From a virus (Duplodnaviria > Caudoviricetes), in the IMG/VR virus record IMGVR_UViG_3300012201_000003, positions 1 to 60,193 of that record: 60,193 nt of DNA; one strand, given 5' to 3'. The translations under genes and the position numbers were made by a program. This document shows, piece after piece, positions 28,610-39,610 of this stretch (its first letter is position 1; the number at the start of each line of letters is the position of its first letter). The notes under the pieces are model-generated. The model ran no database searches. It was not told where the DNA came from and saw nothing but the letters and a program-made list of their open reading frames with translations.

Positions 28610-29484
28610 TGCGCGACGAGCACGTTCGGGTTCGCCGACAGGATCTTGGTCAGCTTGCCGTACGCCGCCGCCAGCCGCTCGTTCGTGGTGACCTCCTGCG
28701 CGGCGATCGCCGTGTTGCCGTACTGCTGCTGGACGGAGTTCAGCCGCGCCTGGGTGGTGCGGTCGTAGCGCAGCAGCGGCATCAGGATCGACACGATCTG
28801 GATCCGGGAGCCGATGTCGGCGTTCATCGCCTTGAGCACCCTCGGCTGGAACGTGGTGAACTGGCTGTTTCCGACCGTGGTGGACACGCTGACGTCCTGG
28901 ATCGGGTTGTAGTCGCCGAGCACCTGGTTCGCGACCTGCCGCAGCTCGCGGACCACCACCGCGTTCTCGATCACCGGCATCAGGTCGCCCTGGTTGGCGT
29001 AGTCGGAGAACAGGCTGTCAGCGGCCTGGTCCTCGACCTTCCACTGGATCGTCACGTCCAGGCACGCGGTCTGCTGGCCGCCGATCCGCACCTCCAGGCA
29101 CGGCGCGGTCGACGACCCGGTGTCGCCCTTCGGCGGCGTCGTCACGCCCACGAGGTCGCCCTTCTGGCAGAACTGGCCCTGGCAGCCCTCGAACGTCGTG
29201 GTCTGGATTGTCTCGTCGAGGACCCGCAGGTGCTTCCACGGCGTCCACGTCTCGTGCAGCCCTGGCCCGTAGGGCGCGCCGACGACCTTCCCGAAGCTGA
29301 CCGGCACGCCGATCGACTTGGTGGGCACCGACTTGAACCCGGCGACCACAAACAGCAGGAACGCCAGCAGCAACGCCCCGGCGAACGTGGCGCCGCCCGC
29401 CGCGCCGTTGTACTTCCCGCCGGCTGCCACGGCGCCGATGACGCCGCCGATGACGACGAGGATCGCCAGTACGAACCAGAACAT
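28501..29484 (-). CDS. SPFH/band-7 membrane protein
   Basis: Two TMs; VPTKSIGVPVSFGK, PGLH, DVTIQW. Confidence 0.85.
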   Translation of the reverse strand: MFWFVLAILVVIGGVIGAVAAGGKYNGAAGGATFAGALLLAFLLFVVAGFKSVPTKSIGVPVSFGKVVGAPYGPGLHETWTPWKHLRVLDETIQTTTFEGCQGQFCQKGDLVGVTTPPKGDTGSSTAPCLEVRIGGQQTACLDVTIQWKVEDQAADSLFSDYANQGDLMPVIENAVVVRELRQVANQVLGDYNPIQDVSVSTTVGNSQFTTFQPRVLKAMNADIGSRIQIVSILMPLLRYDRTTQARLNSVQQQYGNTAIAAQEVTTNERLAAAYGKLTKILSANPNVLVAQCLQLTATAEKDGWGGLPPGWNCFGGTSGLAISSRP

Positions 29485-30043
29485 AGTGCACTTCTCTCTC
29501 GCGTTGCCTAACTGGGTTCCTGGGTGCCCGCGCCGAGGTCGTCCTCGGTTCGCGCGCGGGCGATCTGCCGCATCCTCCTGGCGTGCGCGGCCCGGTCTGC
29601 GGCCTCGCGGACCTCGGCTGCCGCCAGCCTCCGCGACCGGGCAAGGTCCCGCCGAGCCCGGTCCTGCGCGCGGCTGATGGCGGAGACGGCGACTGCCGCC
29701 GCGCCGCCGGCTACCAGCAGCGCGGCGGTCAGCGCCAGCACAACCGCCTCAGCCATATCACCCGCTCACATGCGGTCGGACTCGCCTTCGGCGATCGCGT
29801 CCATGGCCTGCGGGTCCGACATGACCGTCTCCCGCCACTCCGGCGACGCGAGCGTCATGGCCTCGGTTTCGGTCCACGTCCCCTCGACCACCACCGCATC
29901 CGGGGTCTGGCAGAAGCACATCCGCTTGATCACCGAGACAGGCAGAGGGCGGGACAGCGCGAATACCTGCGCCGGGTGATTCTCCACGCCGACGATCATC
30001 CACAGGTGCTCATGCGGGCGCGGGTGCCGGCGCCCGCGCCACA

Positions 30044-32209
30044 TCACAGCCCCCTCCCCGGCTCGCCCTGGCGCCCGGCCGGGCCGGCCGGCTCCTGCCA
30101 GTCCGGGGCGCCCTCAGCGTCCCACCCGCCGGCCCGCGCCAGCCGGGTCAGCGCCTCCCGCAACGCCGGCACGTCGTCGCCCCGGTCATCGACCAGCACC
30201 CGCAGCTTGCTGACCACCAGCGCAACCTCGTCGTCGGACAGCTCAGCCGAGCTGGACAGCTTCAGCGGCCCGGCGTCGGGGTTCTCGGCGGCGAGGATCG
30301 CCAGGATGCCGAGCCGCACCGGCCGGTTCTTGTCGCCCCCGAGGCCGAGATCGCGGAACAGGGCGTGCATGTGCCGCCGGTCCCGGGCGTCGGCCTGCTC
30401 GGCGTCCGCGCGGGCCTGCTGCTCGGCGGCCTGCTCGGCGGCCAGCCGGTCCGTCTCGGCGGTGTCCGCGTCGACGTCAGGCCCGGCGTGGCGGGGCGGG
30501 GACAGCCGCTGCGACCGCGCCGGCTGCGGCGGGCGTTCCGCCTGGGCCAGCGCCAGCGGCTGGTGCCCCATCTCCTCCTCGATGTACAGGCCGCCCAGGT
30601 CCGCCGGGAACGCCCGCCGAGACCCGAACGCCTCGCAGCACTGGCCCGAAATCATGGCCATACCGTTGCGGCGGACAATGATCAGGTGGCTGGGCACGGT
30701 CACGCACCACACCCATCCGTCGGCGTTCGGCTCTACACCGATCCCCGGCCGATCCCGCCAGGGCCTCGCGACCGGAGCAGTCGGCCGGGTCGCGGAAATA
30801 GTAATCACCCAGTGTGGCCGCGACGAAAGGTCGTCGCAGTCCCTCTTGCGGGGGACACTGACCGTGTAACCGGCGGCAGCGGCCAGCAGCTCGATTGCCC
30901 CCACATGCTCCTGGTTGCTGGTACCGAGCCGGCACGTCGGGCCCTGCCGAGTGCCGTCAAAGTCCGCCCACGCGTCAAGCACCGCACGGGCCTGCTCCTG
31001 CGACATGGCCACGACCGAGTCCGGGCTCACCCTCTTACCCGGGCTTACGCCCGTACCGGACAGCAGGTCCAGATCGTAAACGAATGTCACCTTGTCGCTG
31101 CGGGTACGCACCGGGCGCGGGCCACTGGACACCCGCCCGGCGTCCTTCTTAACCGTGGTCCGGCAGTGCAGCCCGAGAGCATTCAGCGCGGCGATCTTCC
31201 GGGGCCGGGACACGCTGAGCAGTGCCCGTCGGCCCTGCGCGTACCCGTCGGCCAGGAAGTACCCGGCGAGCCGCAGTCGATCCTGTGTGACCGGCAGTCC
31301 CATGCTCCTGCCCGGAGCCGTCAACGGTATCCGCCACCGGGGCCGGTGTGTGGCGGTGTTCAGCATCGTTTCCGCCTCCACCTTCCCTGCGGTAGTCATC
31401 ATGTCGTGGTTGGGTGTAACGCTGAAGTCCAGTCGTTCACCGTGGTAGCCGATCATCGGCCCGTCGTAGCGCTGCGCGAACGGAATAGCGCGGACTAGCT
31501 CGATACCGTGCTCAGTGACCTGCGCGATGCGTGCCGACCCGACGTCCGCGAACAACCGGAACCCCGCGTCGGTCAGAACCTCCGTATCGGACATAAAACA
31601 CTTTTCGATCATGTGGTCGGCCTGCACCGCCCACTGCGCGGCCGGGTCGCCGTTCCGCTTCGTCGCGATGTAGGCGTTCGTTCTCAGCACAGCCGGGAAC
31701 CGGTAGCCGTTCTTCAGCAGCACCACCTTGCACGCCGTCGGCACCCGGTCATCCCACAGCCACTCGGTGTACGGCCTGCCGTCCTCGTCGTACCAGACTG
31801 TCTCCTCGAACTCCACGCTCACCCGGTCACGGCGGGCCGCCCGCTCACGCTGCACCCGGAACCCGTCGATGCCGACCTGGATCGTCTGCCGCCACTCGTA
31901 CGCCTTGATGTCGTCGTTCCAGGTCTGCCGGGGGATCAGGTAAATCTGGCGGATGAACGGGTCCAGGCCGGTCTTGCGGCAGTAGTGGAAGAACACCGCC
32001 AGGTCACCCTCCGACGGCGCCTTCGGCCCCGCCGTCCGCATGCCCAGCGACCGCAGCGCCGAAAGCTGGCTGCCGGTCCAGAACGGCTGGTCGTCGACGA
32101 TCGCCAGGCGGGCGTCCTTGCTGGGGACCGACGTCCCCGGGGTGGCTGCCTGCTGTTCGGCTTCGCGGTCGGCGACCGCCTGCCGGGTTGTGGCCGGCTG
32201 ATTACTCAT
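30044..32209 (-). CDS. bet: Bet/RecT-like single-strand annealing protein containing an intein
   Basis: CRKTGLDPFIRQIY, QVGIDGFR, MIEK|CCEA...RRAFP..LGGLY.EEM. Confidence 0.9.
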   Translation of the reverse strand: MSNQPATTRQAVADREAEQQAATPGTSVPSKDARLAIVDDQPFWTGSQLSALRSLGMRTAGPKAPSEGDLAVFFHYCRKTGLDPFIRQIYLIPRQTWNDDIKAYEWRQTIQVGIDGFRVQRERAARRDRVSVEFEETVWYDEDGRPYTEWLWDDRVPTACKVVLLKNGYRFPAVLRTNAYIATKRNGDPAAQWAVQADHMIEKCFMSDTEVLTDAGFRLFADVGSARIAQVTEHGIELVRAIPFAQRYDGPMIGYHGERLDFSVTPNHDMMTTAGKVEAETMLNTATHRPRWRIPLTAPGRSMGLPVTQDRLRLAGYFLADGYAQGRRALLSVSRPRKIAALNALGLHCRTTVKKDAGRVSSGPRPVRTRSDKVTFVYDLDLLSGTGVSPGKRVSPDSVVAMSQEQARAVLDAWADFDGTRQGPTCRLGTSNQEHVGAIELLAAAAGYTVSVPRKRDCDDLSSRPHWVITISATRPTAPVARPWRDRPGIGVEPNADGWVWCVTVPSHLIIVRRNGMAMISGQCCEAFGSRRAFPADLGGLYIEEEMGHQPLALAQAERPPQPARSQRLSPPRHAGPDVDADTAETDRLAAEQAAEQQARADAEQADARDRRHMHALFRDLGLGGDKNRPVRLGILAILAAENPDAGPLKLSSSAELSDDEVALVVSKLRVLVDDRGDDVPALREALTRLARAGGWDAEGAPDWQEPAGPAGRQGEPGRGL
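30641..31600 (-). mobile_element. 320-aa intein with LAGLIDADG homing endonuclease
   Basis: Starts CFMSDTEVLT; block B VTPNH; LAGYFLADG and WADFDG; ends VWCVTVP...RRNG...SGQ followed by Cys. Confidence 0.9.
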
Positions 32210-32438
32210 GATGGTGCCTCCAGGGATGCGACCGCCGCGCTGGTGCGCAGCGGGTACAGGTTCTCCACGGTGCCACGCAGTACTGACACCTGGTGGCCGG
32301 TCAGCTTCAGGTGCGCCAGCGCATCATCGCGCAGCGACCGCGACAGGGGGCTGCGGTAGCCGAGCGGCTGGCCCGCCGGGCAGGTGAAGCACGTCCACGA
32401 CTGCACGTATAGCGGAACCCCGTCGGTGGTGTACTCCA

Positions 32439-33455
32439 TCAGTCCCACGCCCCCCTCGACGGGACAATCTTGTCGATCTGCTTGCCGGCCTTCGTGTACC
32501 GGGCGGCGATCTCCGGCTGCTCCTCGCGCAGCCGACCCGCGTCGATCCGTTTCGGCGCGGACACCGACCGGACCGCGAGGGACACGCCGTCCTTGTCGAC
32601 CGCCCGCCGGCCCGTGCCGAGCCGTTCCCGCAGCAGGTTCGCCGCCAGGCCCAGCCGCTCCTCAGCCCGGTCAGCGCCGGCGACAGCGCGCCGATACCGG
32701 CGGGCCAGGCCCCACGGCACCTCCACGTTCCGGTCGTCGACCTGGCCGCCGAACCGGCGGGTGATCGCCTCGGCGGTGCCGGCCGACCAGTCGATGTCCG
32801 GCTCGTTCCGCGCCTCGACCCGGGCGCGGAACGAGTCCAGCTCGCCGAGGATCCAGTCGATGTCGTCCTGCGCGTCGGCGTCGCGGGTCAGCAGGTACAC
32901 GGCGACCTCGCGGGTGTCGTGGAACATGGTCGGCACCCACACCCGCTCCGCGCCCGCTACGTGCAACTCGATCAGGCACTGCGGCCGGTAGTAACGCGGG
33001 ATATGCGCCGTGCCGGGCGGCCCCCAGTGCAGCGGGTTCCGCCACCCTGCCGTCTTGCACTGCACCACCTGCGGCGGCCACGCCACCTCGGCCGGGCTGA
33101 CCGCCGAGTGCTCGAAGGCCAGCCGGTCGAACGTGCAGCCGAGCCACGGCCGGTCGGCGTCGGCGTACAGGCCGCCCTCAGTCACCCACAGCTCCGGGTG
33201 GCGGCGGGCGAACCGCTGCGCCACCCACCCCTCCATGTACCGGCCCAGCTCCAGGATCTCGTCGTCGTCGTCGCCGGGCGGCTCCGGGTCGGTTTTCTCC
33301 CGGTACACGCTGAACGCCGACTGTTTCCAGCTCTTGGGGGCCAGGCCCAGGATGGCGGGCACGTCCGACGCGGTGATCAGGGCGTGGCGGGCTTTCAGCC
33401 AGCCGTCCCGGTCGGCCGCGACCTGGTCCTGCGACATCAGCAACTGGGCGGTCAC
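32439..33455 (-). CDS. YqaJ/lambda-exonuclease family protein
   Basis: WLKARHALITASDVPAILG, TFDR, QCKT, IPRYYRPQ; upstream of bet. Confidence 0.9.
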   Translation of the reverse strand: MTAQLLMSQDQVAADRDGWLKARHALITASDVPAILGLAPKSWKQSAFSVYREKTDPEPPGDDDDEILELGRYMEGWVAQRFARRHPELWVTEGGLYADADRPWLGCTFDRLAFEHSAVSPAEVAWPPQVVQCKTAGWRNPLHWGPPGTAHIPRYYRPQCLIELHVAGAERVWVPTMFHDTREVAVYLLTRDADAQDDIDWILGELDSFRARVEARNEPDIDWSAGTAEAITRRFGGQVDDRNVEVPWGLARRYRRAVAGADRAEERLGLAANLLRERLGTGRRAVDKDGVSLAVRSVSAPKRIDAGRLREEQPEIAARYTKAGKQIDKIVPSRGAWD

Positions 33456-33714
33456 CCGGGGCCCTCCGCCTCGATCGAGCGTGCCGCGCTGATCAGTGAC
33501 TGGCCTGCCTTCAGCAGCGCGGCGTGGGCGGCCTGCTCCGTGAAAGTGACCTGCCGCGCCGTCGTCAGGACAACCCCGTTCGCGAACGCCAGCGAGTCCA
33601 GGTAGCCCTCGTCGAAGGCCACCGCGTCGAGACGGCTCGTGAAGTGGCCCTCGACGCAGCAGTCGTCGAGCGCGACCCGATAGGTCTTGCCGGGCTCCAG
33701 GTCCGCCAGCTCGG

Positions 33715-34551
33715 TCATGGCGCCAGGAACGGGAACGAATGCCCCGACCCGATCCAGAAGTGCGCGATGAACCCCGTCACCGTCAGGTAGGCCACCAGCA
33801 GCAGCCCGACCCCGGCCAGCGCCGTCACCCACCCCGGCGCGTCCCGCCGGGCGGTCACGGTCACGTTGTGCTCCATCTGCCACACCCACCGTTCCCGCGT
33901 CGGCAGCGGCGCGAGATACCAGTGACGGACCCACGCCGGCGGCCGGAGCCCCGGAAGGTCCGCGCGGCGGATGCAGTACCGGTCCACCGACCGGTCAACC
34001 AGCCAGCCGTTCAGGGTCGCGCCCACCGGAGCCCAGACCGGCTTGACGATGTGGCCGAGCACGAACCCGGCCGCGACCGTGCCCGCCGCGAGCACCAGGT
34101 GGTTCAGCGGGCCGCCGGCCCAGCCGGGGATGCCGAAGTCCAGCAGCCAGATCGCGCCCGTGATCCCCGCCGCCGACACCGCGACCAGCAGCAGCGGAGC
34201 CGCCAGCATGTACCACCACGGGGCGCGCCGCGTCCAGGTTTTGCGCTTGGCGATGAGCGTGCCGACGATCAGGTAGGCCAGCTCCGGTTCGCCCTCGTTG
34301 CGGTAGCCGTGCCGGTAGAACTCCCAGCTCGGCGACGCGACCAGGCTGTCCCACCACCCCTTGAGCCAGAACAGGTGCCAGTTCACCTCCAGCACGTTGA
34401 AGTAGACGCCGGCGACAAAAGCCGCCGCGCACGCGCCGACGACGGCGGACCAGGCCACGGTCTGCGCGAGCCGGAACCGGGCGGGCCGACCGTCGTTCAT
34501 CGCGATCGGCGGGGGAAGCCGGCGGCGCAGCCGGGCAGCGATAGCAGACAC
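33715..34551 (-). CDS. multi-pass membrane protein
   Basis: Several hydrophobic segments. Confidence 0.65.
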   Translation of the reverse strand: MSAIAARLRRRLPPPIAMNDGRPARFRLAQTVAWSAVVGACAAAFVAGVYFNVLEVNWHLFWLKGWWDSLVASPSWEFYRHGYRNEGEPELAYLIVGTLIAKRKTWTRRAPWWYMLAAPLLLVAVSAAGITGAIWLLDFGIPGWAGGPLNHLVLAAGTVAAGFVLGHIVKPVWAPVGATLNGWLVDRSVDRYCIRRADLPGLRPPAWVRHWYLAPLPTRERWVWQMEHNVTVTARRDAPGWVTALAGVGLLLVAYLTVTGFIAHFWIGSGHSFPFLAP

Positions 34552-34558
34552 CGTGACC

Positions 34559-35086
34559 TCACTTCACCAGGTAGGCGCGCAGCGCGCGCAGCGCCGCCTT
34601 GAACGACCGGCCGCCGGCCACGGCGTCCCGGTCGGCCTGCTTGACCGCCGCGAGCGCGGCCCGGCCGTCGCCGGCCTGCCCGGCCTTGATCACCCGGTTC
34701 TGGTCGGTGCCGACCGCCCGGAACCTGGCGAGGGCGGCGGCGAGCCGGGCGCGGACGCCGGTCACGCACGCCGGGGGCAGGTCGGCGCCCGCGTCGGCGA
34801 CGGCCGAGCTGAGCGCGGCAGTCCTGGCGCGCACCGCCGCGACGGACGCGGCGGAGAACCGGGCCTGCGCGGCGGAGGTGTCGGCCCGGCCGGCTGCCTC
34901 CAGAGCGTGGCCGACGGCGGCCCAGCGGACCTGCCCGCCCGGCTGGGGCTGGCTGCCGTTGCCCTTGTACCAGGCGTGCGCGGCCACGATGCAGCCCGAC
35001 TTGGACTCGGCCTTGTGGACGGCGGAACAGCCGGCGCCGCCGGCCAGCGCCGTGGCGGCAGCGAGCACCGCGAGCGATCGGTTCAT
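34559..35086 (-). CDS. Ala-rich lipoprotein
   Basis: Signal peptide ending GAG-C. Confidence 0.55.
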   Translation of the reverse strand: MNRSLAVLAAATALAGGAGCSAVHKAESKSGCIVAAHAWYKGNGSQPQPGGQVRWAAVGHALEAAGRADTSAAQARFSAASVAAVRARTAALSSAVADAGADLPPACVTGVRARLAAALARFRAVGTDQNRVIKAGQAGDGRAALAAVKQADRDAVAGGRSFKAALRALRAYLVK

Positions 35087-36104
35087 GGGTGCGGGGTTTC
35101 CTCTCAGGTTCGCGGCGCTCACGGCGTGAGCACCAGTTCGGTCAGGCCGTGCCGGGTGACGCCGGCGGACTCCTCGTCCGGGTACTGGCACGCCCAGTGG
35201 AGGCCGAACAACCGCATCATCTCGCCCCTGGCCTCCTCGCGGGTGCCGGGCATCCGCACGTAGCGCCTGCTCAGCGGCACGCCGACCCCGGTCAACTGGC
35301 CGAGCTGGTGGTGGGTGGCCGAGGTGACGACCAGCCGGTGCGCCATGCCGAACGTGAAGATCCACGGGCCGTGGTCGTCGGGCGGGGTGCCAGCGGGGTC
35401 GCGTTCCAGCGCGGCGGCGGTCACCGGGCCGCCTCCGCCCGGGGCAGCGGCGCCTCGTGCAGCAGCGCCCACGCCTCGCTGATGACCTTCGACAAGACGT
35501 CCGGGACCATGGCGCCGACGAACCGGGGCGTCATCATCCGGCCGGACAGCGCGCCGCCGGGGCGGCGCCGCGCGCCGTACGCCTGCACCGACCGGACCCG
35601 GCCTTGTTCCTGTGCAGGCTGGCCGGGATGCGCGTAGAACTCGATGTCGATCCGCTGCGGGGCGATCGTGTCGCCCCCCTGCTGCACGTCAGGCCACCGG
35701 TCGGCGGGCTCGCGGTACGCGCGGACCTGGATCACGTATGTCGTCTCGATCTTCACTGCTCCAGCTCCTCGGGGATTAGCGGCCGGATGCCCAGCAGCCG
35801 CACGTACGCGTCCGCGTCCGGCGGGGCCAGCAGCACCGCCGCCGCGCACCGCACCGCCGCCAGCTCATCCTCCGCCGAGCAGTACGCCCGCATGCACAGG
35901 TAGTGCAGGCACTCCCCGACCTGCGGGCCCAGCGGCCCGGTGCCTGGCCGGCGGTGACCCGGGACGAGGCGGACAATCCCCGGCCATGACACCCCGGCAC
36001 GCCGGTAGCCCTCGGCGGCGTCCAGCGTCAGCGGCGACCAGCCGCCGCGCCCCTGCGCCGGGGTGAGCGCGGTGATCTGCTGCTCGGCCGCGAACTCGAC
36101 GTCG

Positions 36105-36389
36105 TCAGATCCCCGAAGCCAGTGCCGGAGCCCCATCGTCCACCTCCTCCGGCTTGAGCGTGACGACCGTGGCCAGGGGGAAGTTCCCCCAGTACATGAT
36201 CGCCGCGAACGTGTTCGCGTCGGGGACGTAGCCCGGCTCGCGCAGCCGCGAGGGCACGTTCTGCGACACGCCCGCCTCGGCCATGGCCTTGCGCAGGCTG
36301 ATCCTGCGGTGCGCGACGACAGCCTGGATCTGGACGAGCAGTTTCGCGTTGTCCAGGACGACCGGCCGGCGGGCCGGCGCTTCTGCCAT
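36105..36389 (-). CDS. HTH (Xre/Cro-like) protein
   Basis: ISLRKAMAEAGVSQNVPSRL...PDA. Confidence 0.7.
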   Translation of the reverse strand: MAEAPARRPVVLDNAKLLVQIQAVVAHRRISLRKAMAEAGVSQNVPSRLREPGYVPDANTFAAIMYWGNFPLATVVTLKPEEVDDGAPALASGI

Positions 36390-37029
36390 GGGGTGCCTCC
36401 TGTCGGTTACCATTGACGCGGATCATGCTTGAGCGCTCGCGTTCGCGGATCTCCGCCCCTCGGGGCGGCCTCTCCAGGGGTGAGCGGGCCCGCCGGCCAC
36501 TGACGGCGGGCCTTCTCGCTGCGCCCGGTCACCCGCACCGCCCGTGGCACCCGGCCGAGTGCGTGTTGCAGCACTTGCCGTCACCGTGACGGCTGCCCTC
36601 GCAGCCGGCACCGCGCACGGCCCTGGAGATCAGCGTGCCCTTGGGCGTGCGGACCTCCGCCTTGGGCTTGTGGCCGCAGGTGCAGTTGCAGCCGCTCTGC
36701 GTGCAGGCCGGGGCCGGACCCCGGCTCACCTGCCCTCGCCGCCCAGTGACCGCACGGCGTCGCGGCGTCGCGGGCGGCGTTGACCGACGCCGACCACCGG
36801 CCCTGCTTGCCGCTCGCCGCGTACATGAAGCTGACCGACCACAGCCAGCCGTCGCCCGGGTCGCAGAAGTACCCGACGCGCAACGGCGGGTTCTCGTAGT
36901 CGTCGGCCTGCCGCGACCGCGTCTTGCGCAGCCGCGCGGCCTCGGCGTGCAGCATGCCGACTGCGGCCAGCACGTCGGCAACATCCAGGTCGCTGTCGGC
37001 TGCCCACGGCGGGACCGGCACGGCCTCGC

Positions 37030-37455
37030 TCACGACGCCTCGCCGATCTGCCGCGCCCACTTGCGCGCGGTGTTGGCAGGGTCCTTGCCCAGCTCCCGGG
37101 CGATCTCCGCCCACGAGTAGCCCTTGCCGCGCAGCCCGGCCACCGCCGTCACCATCGCCCGGTCCAGCTCCGCCGCCACTTCCGCCATGTCCGCCAGCAC
37201 CGTCGGGTCCGCGTCAGCGGCCCGCCGGGCGTAGGCGCGGATCATGCGGCGGGCGAAACCCTGGAACTCCCGGTTGTCCTTGCGCCAGGTCCGCGACGAC
37301 CGGACCCGGCCCGTAGTCGGATCGACTACGCGCTTCGTCCGCGCAGGCCCCACCCGGTGTACTCCGCTGGGTACAGTTGCCGGGGCCGTCTCCGTGGCTC
37401 CCAGAGCCGCCTGCGCGGCATCCTCCGCCGCCGGCCCGTCAGTCAGTCTCATCAT
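37030..37455 (-). CDS. HTH DNA-binding protein
   Basis: AVAGLRGKGYSWAEIARELG. Confidence 0.75.
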   Translation of the reverse strand: MMRLTDGPAAEDAAQAALGATETAPATVPSGVHRVGPARTKRVVDPTTGRVRSSRTWRKDNREFQGFARRMIRAYARRAADADPTVLADMAEVAAELDRAMVTAVAGLRGKGYSWAEIARELGKDPANTARKWARQIGEAS

Positions 37456-38003
37456 TCGTCCTCTCCAGGGGAACACTGCCACTGTAACATCGCTGTACCC
37501 GTACAGGTACAGTCTGCGGAGGATTCCCGCCAACACTATGGCCCCGCCCGCCCCGGCGATACCGTGTTCGGACATCACCAGTGCGCTATCCCTGGAGAGG
37601 AGCGGACCTTGCGTGATCACCCCGGCGGCCAGATCGAGAGGATGACCCGCGCCCTGCTGGCCGACCCGCGCGAGCGAGCCCGGTTCCTGGCCCTGTCCGA
37701 CGAGCGCGACCGCGCGCACCGCCGCGAGCTGGCCGCCTGGCGCGCCGGGTACGCCGCCGCATGGCAGGCCGGCTACGACCAGGGCAGCGCCGACGAACAC
37801 GCCGCCTGGATGGGCTACCACGCCCCCGCCCACGCCGCCGCCCGCGAACGCGCCCGCCACCCCGGATACCTGCGGCTCGAAATCCTGCGCTACGCCCCCG
37901 CCGGGTGGCACGGCACCATCCCGCCCGGCCTCGACGCCGCCGCCCGCCGCCGCTGGCTCGCTGCCCGCAAGCACCGCGCCGACCGGCCCGCCGGGACGGC
38001 GCG

Positions 38004-39143
38004 GTGAACCCGATCGACGAAGCCCTCGGCATCCACCCCGACCCCGGCGACGGCGGGCCCGACCCGCTCGCCAAAGTCGACCTCGGCGCCCTCGTCCGCG
38101 CCGGCCGCAAAGAACCGCGCCGGTTCGCCAACGGCCTGATGTACCCCGGCAAGATGCACTCCCTCACCGGCCCGCCCGAGTCCTGCAAGACGCTGATCGC
38201 GATCTGGGCCGTCCTCCAGGTCGTCAGCTTCGGCCGCAACGTCGTCGTCATCGACGAGGAGGCCGGGCGGGAGCAGACCGCCGACATGCTCGCCGCGTTC
38301 GGCGCCGACATGGACCTGGTCGACAAGCACGTCCATTACGTTGACGCCCCGGCGCTGTCCTACGGCGCCGCCGACATGGCCCGGCTCGGCGACCTGCTCC
38401 GCACCGCCGGCCCGGTGTTCACCGTGTTCGACTCGTTCTCCGCGATGCTGTCCTACGCCGGGGTCGACGAGAACAAGCCCGGCGACGTCACCCGGTTCTG
38501 CAAGCGCGTCCTGTACCCGATCGCCCGCGAGTTCGGGTCCGCTGTCCTGGTCACCGCCCACGACTCCAAGGAGGGCGGCAACAGCCGGTACGGGCGCGGC
38601 ACCACCGCGATCCTCGCCGAGTTCGAGGTGGCGTTCAAGGTGTCCGCGATCAAACCCGTCACCCGCGCCCAGGACGGCATCATCAACTTCCACGTCCCCA
38701 AGGACCGGCCCGCGTGGCTGCACCGCGACTGGCGGATCCGCATCACCCGCGACCCGCTCGCCCTGCACTGGGACAAGGCCGCCGAGACGATCGGCCCCGA
38801 CGGGCTCGGCCCCGCCGCCAAGAAACTCCTCGACGTCCTCGACGACACCCCGATGGCGATCGCCGCGCTGACCGACCGGCTCGCCGCCAAGTACGGCCAC
38901 GGCCTCAAGCGGGAGACGGCCAGCAGGTGCCTGACCGAGCTGATGGAGTCCGGGCTCGCCGACCGCATCGACCAGGGCCCCGGCCGTGCCGCGCTGTGGC
39001 TCAAGCGCGGCAACCAGCTCCCCGAGGCCGAGGACCCGGCCGGGCAGGCCCTCGCCGCCAGCCGCGAGGCCAGGGCCGAGCCGCCTCCGCCGGACGGCCA
39101 CGGCTGGCCCGAGGGCTCGGCCGGGGCGGAGGCGAACCAGTGA
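38004..39143 (+). CDS. AAA_25/RepA-like replicative helicase with C-terminal winged helix
   Basis: GPPESCKT, VIDEE, VFDS, AHDSK, GRGT, KDR. Confidence 0.8.
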   Translation: MNPIDEALGIHPDPGDGGPDPLAKVDLGALVRAGRKEPRRFANGLMYPGKMHSLTGPPESCKTLIAIWAVLQVVSFGRNVVVIDEEAGREQTADMLAAFGADMDLVDKHVHYVDAPALSYGAADMARLGDLLRTAGPVFTVFDSFSAMLSYAGVDENKPGDVTRFCKRVLYPIAREFGSAVLVTAHDSKEGGNSRYGRGTTAILAEFEVAFKVSAIKPVTRAQDGIINFHVPKDRPAWLHRDWRIRITRDPLALHWDKAAETIGPDGLGPAAKKLLDVLDDTPMAIAALTDRLAAKYGHGLKRETASRCLTELMESGLADRIDQGPGRAALWLKRGNQLPEAEDPAGQALAASREARAEPPPPDGHGWPEGSAGAEANQ

Positions 39144-39360
39144 GCGGCCTGGGCGAGCGGTACACGTGCTCGGTCTGCGGCCGGGACCGCGTCAAAACGC
39201 GCAGCGACGGGGAAGCCCGCGCCGAGCAGTCCGCTACCTGGCAGCCGCAGTACGCCGGCGAGGACTCCGGCCTGGTGTGCGGGCCATGCTTCGCGGCGCT
39301 GATGGCATGGGTGCGAGCCGAGCACCCGGAGTACCTGCGGTGAGCGGACCGGCCGCCGCC

Positions 39361-39610
39361 GACCCGTGACCGACCCGTGACCGCACCTGTGACCGTCTCG
39401 TTGCTAGACCTGTGATCTGACCTGTGACCGTCACGCCTGCATGTACCGCAGCTAACAGGTACTACTACGGTGAGGGGTGCGCCTGACGGCGCCCCCGCCG
39501 GGGTTCTGGTCCTTAACCCCCGGTGGCTGGGGTTAACCTCAGCCGTCTACCCCCTGACCCCCATCCGGCGGAGTGTACTGATGGTGACCTGTGACCTGTC
39601 AAGTCACAGG
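39361..39610. repeat. iteron-like direct repeats (putative ori or clt)
   Basis: Five ACCYGTGA units in 39361-39430, more at 39584-39610, plus a TTAACCCC/GGGGTTAA inverted pair. Confidence 0.6.

Noticed and set aside
39361-39430. CRISPR array
   Set aside because: Repeat units are too short, there are no unique spacers, and no cas genes.
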